Part shown: piece after piece, positions 1-10,099 of the stretch
How positions within the stretch are numbered: position 1 is the stretch's first letter
Layout: every line of letters starts with the position of its first letter
Program-made: the position numbers and the translations under genes
The notes under the pieces: model-generated
What the model saw: the letters and a program-made list of their open reading frames with translations, nothing else
What the model was told of the DNA's origin: nothing
Database searches by the model: none
Origin: Azolla caroliniana
Taxonomy: Eukaryota; Plantae; Polypodiophyta
Assembly (NCBI GenBank): GCA_043228905.1
Contig: JBHGNT010000010.1
Location: 1,984,001-2,048,000 of the forward strand
Length of the DNA: 64,000 nt
Direction: 5' to 3'

Positions 1-410
1 GGAGCGACGAGATGAGGAACTTAAGATGCTAGGAACAATACAAGAGCCTAAAGACAAAGATGTAAATCAAGGAGAGAAGATAGGGCTAAACAAGAATACT
101 AGATTGATGTGTCAGTGACTGGTGTTGAATCCCTTGAAAGGGACCAAGAAGGTTACAAGTATTTATACTGTAAGTTGAAGTACATGCATTAGAATATTTT
201 GAAGAATAGTCTAGAACCTTGGAACTTTCTAGAACTTTGTAGATGTGTAGAGAGTATAGCAAGATCATGTACATCTTATACAAAGATATGTAGATCAAAT
301 ATATTTTATACAATGCTCATATGATGATGCTTGAGCATGATGTATTCTTCATATGAGGTTGTAAGTTCAATTCTCACCAACTATATATTTTATGTCATTG
401 TATTGTGAGA
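1..410 (-). mobile_element. LTR (cut by window edge) of the same family as the LTRs at 25132-25527 and 26669-27133
   Basis: Shares the block gaatactagattgatgtgtca.tgact.gtgttgaat.cc...aagggaccaag.aggttacaagtatttata with both other copies. Ends tgtcattgtattgtgaga, like tgtcattgtgtcgtgaca at 25527. Confidence 0.75.
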
Positions 411-1760
411 ATCGAGCCTTTTAACTTAGGTTGTCCTAAAAAAAGTAAAGTAGTTACAAATAATGAAGGGGTTGATTTATCTAATGTCGACGAGGATTGC
501 GTCAATTAGCCTCTCAATTTTTGAAGAGCTCCCCGACGAGTGTTAAAAGATATAATTTTTTGTGTTCAGATCGTCAAATTGCATTTGATACAAGCAAGCC
601 ATGTTGTGGGAATCTTTGTCCTTCGAAATTTGGAAAGGAAAACTTGAGGGGGTTGCGACATAAGTATTTGTCACTTAATGGCGACGAACAAGATACTTTT
701 ATGATTTCACATATGCAACTTGTTAAGGACCATAGAGCAGAGCCAAGTTCAATGCATGTGGAATATTACCTTTCACTTAGTATGAAGAGTTATCGAGTTG
801 CTTTCAAAATTGCCTATAGCATTGGTAACATGAGGCTCTAGAAAATTCAACATCGATTGGTAAAGGGCTCGTGGGTACCTTTCAACAATAAAGAATTTGC
901 ATGTAAGGGTCTGATTGGGCGGCATGCCGTTACGTGGATGGAGATATATTTCTCAAAGCAATGTGATGTTATGCCCACTACTGGAAGATTGCATTTGTCA
1001 GATAACTTCACAGGTTGTGAGGAGTACCAAGCGTATAAGGATGACATGTTATTAGAGTGTACCTTAAACATACAATATCGGCATTTTAATCGATTATGGA
1101 GATTGAAGTTTAACAATGTGGTCATACCACGTAAGGTCTGAATGGGTGTTTGTTCTGTATGTGCAAGTTTAAAAAGCATGGCGAAAAGTGGAAGAACAGA
1201 TGACGAAATAAAGAGTTATAAGAATTTATTAAAAGATCAAGAAATTCAAGCGTGGGAAAGATCTAAACCTATGCACCATCGACAAAAAGGGCTTCAATCA
1301 CCAGAAAGGTACATGTGCTTGATTATAGATGGCATAGATCAGAAGAAGACTTGTTTGCCACACTTTCGATAGTTATCGATGGATATTGGAGATGAATGCC
1401 TTGTGTAAATGCACTTAGTAGGTTGTTTGTCTTATTGTCAAACAATAAGGCCTCAAGTGTTCCTAACTTATCCTAATGTCCACAACGACCCTAATCTTAC
1501 AGTCACAGTAATGCAAAGAGTTTTACAGCCTTGGCAAGGTATTCTCCCGCCAATGTTATACATGCATCTAGACAACACGACTAGACAAAACAAATGTCCG
1601 ACTGTGTTCGGTTATTTAAGCATGCTAGTAGAAACGGGCATATTTAAAAAGATTAAGGTAAACTTCTTACTAGTTGGTCATACGCATGATCATATAGATC
1701 AAATGTTTAGCCTGTTCTCAAAGAAATTAGTGAGATGTGATGCTTTCACGCTTCCTACGT
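411..1760 (+). pseudogene. Sola-like (DUF7869-type) DDD/E DNA transposase, catalytic part, disrupted
   Basis: ORF pieces carry CSVC, MCLIIDGIDQKKT, LYMHLDNTTRQNK and FLLVGHTHDHIDQMFS. In-frame stops are present. The frame resumes at 24504 after the Gypsy insertion (FTLPT|LSKLITETY). The family assignment is from motif memory, not a search. Confidence 0.7.
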
Positions 1761-2423
1761 TGTCGTGCCTTTCGGCTCCGGATCGTTGTGTGAGTCGGGC
1801 GGGAACCACTGAGGTTTTGGACTAGGAGAAAAGAAAATTCCAAGGCAATGAAGAATATGAAATATGTTGTAAGAAAGAAAGATATGAAAAACTCGTGAAT
1901 CCCACGAGTGTAGTGTATTAGTGAGTACTCAGATTAAGAGACAAAAATAGTTAGCAAATTCGTGAATCCCACGATTATATTATATTAATCCACCTTTGTA
2001 AAATAAGCAACAACCACAATACATCTTTCTCTCTCCCTTATATAGTGTTGGAAGAGTCTAAGTTTATCACATGCAAGCATCATGCTTTTCCTAACTTTAG
2101 TTTTCATGCACACTGCATGTGCATGATTAGCTTTCTATCCCATCTTTTTCTTTTTTTAACTCGAGTGTGTATGCATGAATAACTTTTTGTACCATGCATA
2201 TCTAGAGTATTTACATGGGATAAAGTTTAGTATAACTTTAAAATTCATAATATGCTAGTATAGTGGTAAGGTTGGGGTTTGTCTACGTGGAGGTATAGGG
2301 TTCGAACCCTGCCCTATGCACGTAATAAATATTTTTAATATTTTATTTTATTTATTATACGTACTTTTAAATCGGATATAGTATTTTATATATTTCACGT
2401 AGTGTGTGATTCACACTACGACA
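1761..2423 (-). repeat. 3' LTR of the outer Gypsy
   Basis: Direct repeat of 23837-24499. Adjacent ctcaccccctcc is the minus-strand PPT GGAGGGGGTGAG. Confidence 0.93.
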
Positions 2424-2479
2424 CTCACCCCCTCCGAACCCGCACATCCTCTGGTATGTGCCGAAGTCCCCGATGCTTG

Positions 2480-5400
2480 CTATTCACCTTCATCTGAAGC
2501 TTCCTCTGATTCTCCCCTTAAGTCGACTATGAGTTGTAATCCACTTTCTTCCCTTCCCGCATCACCGTGATCTTCGTCCGATTGCTCCTTCTTGTCGGTC
2601 TTGTCTAGGATCACATAGGGTTCTTCATCAGTCCGCTTCTTGAAAATCTTCACTCGTTTCCCGCTAGTAGTTCTTCCCGGCTCATCTCTTCCTTCCACGG
2701 TAGCACTGTCCATGTCACGATCGCAGTTTCCGTTGGCATTACCGGTGCTTGTCCGGTCATGAGTTCTACCGGCATGTAACCGGTTACGGAGCTATATGTC
2801 GTCCGATCCGCCCATAGTGCATACGGGAGCATCTGCAACCAATCCTTCACCCTTCCGTCGCATGCTTTGGCAAGTGCTTTGACGATCGGACTATGTCCTT
2901 ATTCGATTTTCCCCATTGGCCTCCGGATTGTATGTCGTTGTTAGTGTTAACCGAACTCCATGTTTGGTGAAGAATTCCTTAGCTTTATTAGAGTCGAGTT
3001 CTCCCCGATCCGCAATCACTTGTCCTATGCACCTGTACCTGCAAAACACCTCCTCCAAAAGAAATTGGCATACCGCAGAACACGTTTTCCTTCGTAGCGC
3101 CCAACCTTCTACTTGGTTTGTGAGATCTTCCCGAGCTAACACCAAGTACTTCTTTTGTCCGATCCCGGTTGGCATGGGTACAATATGAACTATCCATTTG
3201 AAGTTGATTGTCGGTGAGAATGTCAGATGTAACTCATCTCGGTGTCAAACTCCGGAGTAGATTTGACACTTCTCGCAGCTTTCCGTGAACTCCGCTATAT
3301 CTTTGTACATGTTCTTCCACCAATATTTTTGTTTGATTTTCACAAAAGTTGCCCATGTTCCTCGATGTCCAACCCAATCGGATTCATGAAATTCGAACAT
3401 TATCCAGTTTCGTTGCTCTTTCGTCCCGACTACCCGAAGTGGTATGCCATCCGGTCTTTTCGGCTCCCTCCATATTAATCCATTTTTCAAGAAGAACTTT
3501 CGGACTTGCCGCTTCTTACTTCGGATCTCGGCTCTCTTCTCTTTATTGTCCGATGATTCCTCGATTTCTTGTAGCACTTTCCCGATCAACAAGCTTTCTC
3601 CCTCGTATTCTTCTTCACGGAATTCTCAGATTACGTTCACCTGGCATATGTGCTCCGAAGCAAAGTAGTCTTCAGAAACTTCTTCATTATCGGATTCGGC
3701 TATGTCGTCTCCGAACCGAGCCCTTGATAGCATATCCGCTACCGCGTTGTCTTTTCCGGAGATGTGTCGTACGTCCGGGTTAAGCGACTTCACTATGCAA
3801 TCCATCTTAGCATAGCCACATCCGGTATCGTGCAACACCGCATCATCCCGAGTATCGGAAGACAAACCGTTTTGATCACTACTTCGGCTCCGATCAAATA
3901 ATCTCGATCCGATTTGATTGCCGACACGACTCCCCATAATTCTCTTTTGACTTGTGCATACCTTCGTTGCCTTTCGTTGAGAACCTTTGCTCCGAATCAG
4001 ATCGGATATCGCGAACCATCCGAGTCGGCTTGATTGATGACCCATCCGATTCCAGTTGGACTTGTGTCAACCGTTACTATGATCGGTCGGTCATAGTTCG
4101 GCTTCTTTAGTGCTTTTGCCCTCCATAGTGATTTCTTGAGCTTCTTCACGGCTTTGGTATGCTCCAGTTTCCATTCGAACTTCTTACCCTTCTGCAACAA
4201 GTGATAGAGTGGGTCCGCAATATGTGCATAGTGCGGAATCCATATGTGATAGAATGCACATGCTCCAAGAAACCTTCGGACTTCGGATTGTGACTCGCAT
4301 GCTTCTTTCATAGCTTGAATTGCATCGATCTTGGTCGGTGACAGTCTTCGGCCGTAGGGTCCACATAGATGTCCGACTACCAATATTTCTTCTTGCCCGA
4401 AGGCCGATTTCTCCCCGGAAAGTGTTAGGTGCACATCTTCTACCTTTCGAAGCACTTTCTCGCAATCACGAATATGGTTGACTACGAACTGTCGACATCC
4501 CCGATCATCCATAGTCTCATCTTTTTCTTCCACCGCACATCCTTTTATCGGAATGTCATCTAGGAACGGCATCGTTATCTCCGGAATGCAGTCTCGGAGT
4601 ACCTTGTTCATTGCATTCATCATATGTGCGACCGAGTTTGTTGTGCCTTGTGGTAGTGTGCACATTTAGACTAATCCTATCGGTGTCCGCATGGTAGTGA
4701 TGTCTCGGCTCTCTACGGCTAGTTGGAATTGGTCATATCCGGAGTATAGGTCTCCGATGGAGTATATCGCGCAACCGACAAATGCTTCCGCAAACTCGTT
4801 CACTATCAGACCGACTCCGGAGTTCCGGATCGTGACCTTGTTCACCGGTTTCAAAACTTGAATAAACCGGAGTGACCCATTCTTCTTCGGAACCTTAAAC
4901 CATCGATTTGAGTACGGAGTGTTTGATGGCTCTAGAATCCCCATCACCACCTTCTCCTTGAGCAAGTCGATGACTTTTGGAATATGCTCCTATGGTACCG
5001 GAATCGGCTTCAAGTTCCACGGCACATGGCCAATCGTGAAAATCACCATCAGCTCCACTATCTTCGGATCAATGCATCCTATCTCCCTTGATGTGAATGT
5101 GAACGCTTTACCATGTTGCTCCAACATCTCACGAAACCATTCTTCTTCTTTTTGTAAGAGGAAACCACCTCCACCGATACGAAGTTTCTTCCGGGTCTCA
5201 TCCGTGAAGACATGTCCGATATCCACGGACTTCTGAAGTGTCGGATCTCTCGAGACTTCTTTCCTCTTTTGTTCGCTATCGGCGGGTAGTGGTCCCACAG
5301 CCGGTTTCACCTTCTTCTCCATGGTCTTGTATTTCGTACTTACCATTGCTTCTTCTTTGCGGAGTGCATCCGGCCCCATTTTCGCAATGATCTCGTACAT

Positions 5401-6217
5401 CTCGACCGATTCCACCGGAATTACCCAGTTTCCCTGGCTTGTATCTTCTGCAAGCTCTTCAAGTTGTTGTAGCGTGCTCCCATAGAACACTTCTTCGACT
5501 ATTCCCATGATTTCTTCGTCTTCTTTTATTATTGATGCCGACCGTAACTTATCCTCCACTTTTCAGTATTCTTTCTTCATTCCTCCGGTTACGGCCGTGT
5601 ATGTAGATGCCCCATCCGGACCGATTTGTACTTGTCTTGCTCCGAGAATTTTCTTCCTATGTGGGTTATCAGGGCTTCTCGAACTATCACTTCCCCACTC
5701 CGTAACAGTCCACTCTAAAATTCCATCCTTGTTTCGGACAAGAGCTCTCTCTTGTTCCTTTCATGATTTTTCGGCACCGTTAGGAATTGGACGGATTTCC
5801 CTCCGTTTTGGCTCCGAATTCATGCAACAGCCGCACCGCTATCAAGCACCTTTGTCTCCATCCGTGAAGTCGTGATAAAGGGTTGCCCAAGGATCATGGA
5901 GTGTGAGACCTCGTCTTGTACGAAGAAATTTTGGTCGATCTTGACATCCCTGATCTTCACCGTCACATTCGGACAAGCCGCAAATAGATCTTCCGTTGCT
6001 TTAGTGGCCACCCGGATCTTCCATCCATGATTGGTGTTAATAGGCCACTTCCCCTTCCGGTAGAACTCCTTAGACATCAAATTAATCTCCGATCCATGAT
6101 CAATCAATGCTAGCACGGGCTCTTTGATGTTGCCGATTCAGACCGGACTCTCGGTAGTTGCACGCGCCCAGTGTGGCTTTGTATAGTGGGAATTCGGAAT
6201 CTCGTCCTCCACTTCGG
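2480..6217 (-). pseudogene. Gypsy pol: protease, RT, RNase H, integrase; several stops and frameshifts
   Basis: ALIDHGSEINL (protease), DLYSGYDQF and PFLDDIPIKG (RT), VDTSPTGIG (RNase H), H-x6-H..CEKC and IADRGEL..YNPEANG (integrase). Confidence 0.92.
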
Positions 6218-6292
6218 TGTTGTGTTGGGATTACGGTCCCTCCGGATGGGATGGTCGGATGTCCGGAGATGAATGACGGCAAGCCCGGTTGC

Positions 6293-6420
6293 GGTTACGG
6301 AACCGGAGGATGAAGAGTACCCCGGCTACGGAGCCGGATGATGAAGACCCCGGCTACGGAGCCGGATGATGAAGACCCCGGCTACGGAGCCGGATGATGA
6401 ATGTACCCGGAGAAAGATCC
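6293..6420 (+). repeat. ~29-bp tandem repeat (ccggctacggagccggatgatgaagaccc) in Copia U3
   Basis: About four copies. Also in the 3' LTR and, diverged, at about 62610-62730. Confidence 0.85.
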
Positions 6421-6579
6421 GGATGCGGGGACATATTTGTGAATATGTTTGCCAAGGGCCCTTGAGGCTATATTTGTAATTAGCCCGTAAGTCATATGTG
6501 TATAAATATGACTTAGGGCAAACAGTTTGTTGTTGTTGCTCATTTTTCTGTTTTCACTTAGAGGGAGCGAAGTGAGCAG

Positions 6580-6632
<53 letters not shown>

Positions 6633-6926
6633 GAAGAGGTCGTTGCCTCTGTGTATTACCGCCGCCTGTGGCGAAGACAGTGAGCTCAAGGTTGTTGCCT
6701 TGTAGCTTCACCATTGTACATCTCTGTTTATAGTGATAGTTGGAGTTTGAGGACACCCGTGGTTTTTCCCATTTAGGGTTTTCCACGTAAAATATCCTGT
6801 GTACTCTTCTCTCTAGTGTCTTCGTGCATTTTGTATTTTCTGTTTTCTGTGAGTTGATCAGATTCCTCGGTTGTGGCTGAGCACTGTGTTTAACAAAGTG
6901 GTATCAGAGCGACGGCAACACAGAAA

Positions 6927-9409
6927 ATGGAAGGCGGCGGTAGTGGGCCTCCGGGCATGATGGTGTTGAACTCACAGAACTATGCTGACTGGAAGATAAA
7001 GATGGAAGACCTTCTCATCGTCCGAGACCCGTACGAACCGATCGACAATGCCGAGATACCCAAGGGGGTAATAGAGTCGGAGTGGAAGCTCCTGAACCGG
7101 AAAGCCGTAGCGACGATCCGGCAATATGTCGATGTAAGTGTCCTGCAACATGTGGCGAACGATACGAACGCCTATGAGATGTGGCAGAAGCTGTCCGGAC
7201 TGTATGAGAGGAAGAATGCTCTGACCCGGACCTCCCTGATGAGGAAGATAGTGAATCTTAAGTACCGGGACGGCGAGAGCATGGTCGAACACGTCAGCAC
7301 GTTCATGGGATTCGTGAACCAGCTTGCGGCGATCAAGTTCCCGTTGGATGACGCAATGCAAGCCATCATGCTGATGTGTACCCTTCCGGAGAGCTGGGAG
7401 AACTTGGTAGTTACTCTCAGCACCTCCTGTAAGGAAGAGAACTTGTCTTTACTAACGGTAAAGACAAGTATTCTAAATGAAGAAGCGCGTCGGAGAGATA
7501 AAGAACCGGCCTCCGACTCGAAGGCGCTGCTTACCGAATCGGAACGGGGAAGACAACGGAACCGGAGTCCGCAAAGACGGGAGAAGTCAGGGACACGGTC
7601 GCAGTCGAGGGGAAGACCTACATGCTTCTACTGTGGGAAGCCGGGGCACTTCCAAAAGAACTGTCGGCATTTCCGGAAAGACAACGGAACCGACGGTACC
7701 GATTCGAAGAAGTCACCGGAACGAAACGGTGCATACCGGGGAGCCATGGACCGGAGAGGTCCGGATCGGCGAGGGCAGGACCGAAAAGGAACGACGGCAC
7801 TCGCGGCAAGTGAAGAAGAGATAATGCTCATTACCGAAGAGAGGGAGTTGAACCTTGCCGGTGAAGAGATGACCTGGGTGGTCGATTCCGGAGCGTCGTT
7901 CCACCTGACCCCGGAGAAGAAATACTTCTCATCCTACACAGCCGGGGAACACGGCTGTGTCCGGATGGGAAATGAAGGTACATGCCGGATTCCCGGCATA
8001 GGAGACGTGTGGCTGATGACATCAACCGGATGCAAGATGCTGCTGAAGGATGTCCGACACGTTCCGGAGGTTCGATTGAACCTGATTTCGGCCGGGAGGC
8101 TAGACGATGAAGGCTACACGGGTAGCATCCGGAACGGTGTCATGAAGTTCAGCAAAGGGAGCCTGATAGTGGCTCGGGCCCGGAAGGTCAACAGACTGTA
8201 CCTGATGAATTCCCGGCTATGTCCGGAGGAGCTGAACGTGGCAGCTGACACTGCCGGTGAGCTGTGGCACAAGAGACTGTGCCACATGAGCGAGAAGGGG
8301 ATGAAGAGGCTTGCCGAAGACAACCTGATACCGGTAAAGCACGTACACCTGGGGAAGTGTACCGACTGTCTGGCCGATAAGCAGAACCGAACCTCCTTCC
8401 ACTCAAGGCCACCGACAAGACGTAGCGCACCATTGGAGTTGGTGCACACTGACGTGTGTCAAGTAGAAACGAAGTCACATGGCGGAGCCCAGTACTTCGT
8501 GACATTCATTGATGACCACAGCCGGAAGCTGTGGACGGCACCGTTGAAGACAAAGGACCAAGTATTGTCCGTCTTCAAAGAACTCCACGCGAGAGTGGAA
8601 AGAGAATCCGGCAAGAAGCTGAAAGCACTACGAGCGGATAACAGAGGAGAATACCGAGGGCAATTTGAGGAGTATTGCCGTTCGATGGGAATCCGGCTCG
8701 AGTTTACTGTGCCGAAGACACCGGAACTGAACGGGCTGGCCGAGAGGATGAACCGGACCATAATGGAGAGGGTCCGGAGTATGCTAGCACATGCGAAATT
8801 ACCCAAGGGATTTTGGGCTGAGGCAATGTCGACGGCGACATATGTGATAAATAGATCACCCTCAGTACCCCTGGATGGAGACACGCCACAGAGAGTGTGG
8901 ACCGGTAAGGAAGTGTCCTAGGGGCATCTGAAGGTGTTCGGGTGTCTCGCATATGTGCATGTGGCAAAGGACCGGAGAGGAAAGTTAGATCCAAAGACCC
9001 GGCCATGCATATTCCTCGGTTACGGCGACGACGAGTTCGGCTACCGAGTATGGGACCCGGTCGACAAGAAGATATTCAGGAGTCGAGATATCATCTTCAT
9101 GGAGGACAAGACACTCGCCGACTGGGAGTCGGACAAGAAGATGAAGAGCTCCAAGTCGACCGGTGAGAATCAACTCTACGTGGAGCAGTCCCGACCGGCA
9201 AGGGACCGGTTAGCACTCGAGGATCCGGCCGAAGACGGTGAAGAAACAGAACCGGCCGAGGAAGATGAAACAGATACCGGAACCGGCCCCGATCCCGAAA
9301 TGGATTCGGATGAAGAGAAAACGGAGGAGCCGGTTACCGAAGCTCCGGAACGGAGATATACTCTCAGAGAGAGAAGGGCCCCCCGGAGATTTCCTGATCC
9401 AGAGCACGT
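6927..9409 (+). pseudogene. Copia gag-PR-INT, 5' part of the polyprotein
   Basis: CFYCGKPGHFQKNC zinc knuckle, WVVDSGAS protease, LWHKRLCH..CTDC, integrase core, GKLDPK motif. One in-frame TAG at 8919-8921. Confidence 0.95.
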
Positions 9410-10099
9410 TGTCGCGTTGTTACGCGCGTGCGTGGAGAAGGGCGGAACCACGGGGGTCTAGGACTAAGGAGAAGGGGAGAAGGAATAGGACTTCGGAATG
9501 GAGCTTAGCACAAGAAGAGAAAGAACGAACAAGAGGAAGATGGAGGCCAAATGCTCAACAAGATATATTAGAACCGAAAACCGATTACAAAATGGCGGCC
9601 GCGTAGGCCGCACCGAACGACTATGATAAACTCGAAACCCTAATCCGACGAAGAAGAAAAGAAACCCTAACTAAGGAACCCTAAACGAAATGGTATACCT
9701 CACTCACACTCAAAAATAAGGCAACCCCCACAATGGTGCTCTTCCTCTCCTTTTATAGCACAAGGAGGGAAGATCGTTACATAAAGGTGCTACAAAATAT
9801 CCCCTTTCAATCAATGGGGATATTTCCCTCGATTTTAGGGGAGGTGGGAAGGATGGGTCTTAACTCCCACCTCTACACGAACTACTATGTACCTATCTCT
9901 CTCTCTCACGTGGATGTGCGCGCAAAAGCACATCACCTTTACACTTTACAAATCCTAAGGTGCATTTCTAGCACCATACTTATCACTATCGATAAATAGA
10001 AATACAACATGTTGATGTGCAACGTTGCACATCGCGGGTTTCCTTGCTTCGCTCGGGTTTCTGCCTACGGACGAAAATCTTCACGACATCCGCCCCCAC

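Noticed and set aside
6382-6786. ORFs across the (GA)n tract of the Copia LTR, also 16637-16855 and 62881-63221
   Set aside because: Microsatellite-driven frames inside LTRs.
8919-8921. TAG in the Copia integrase as programmed readthrough
   Set aside because: It falls at a normally Tyr position inside integrase (VSY.HL.VFGC), so a point mutation is simpler.
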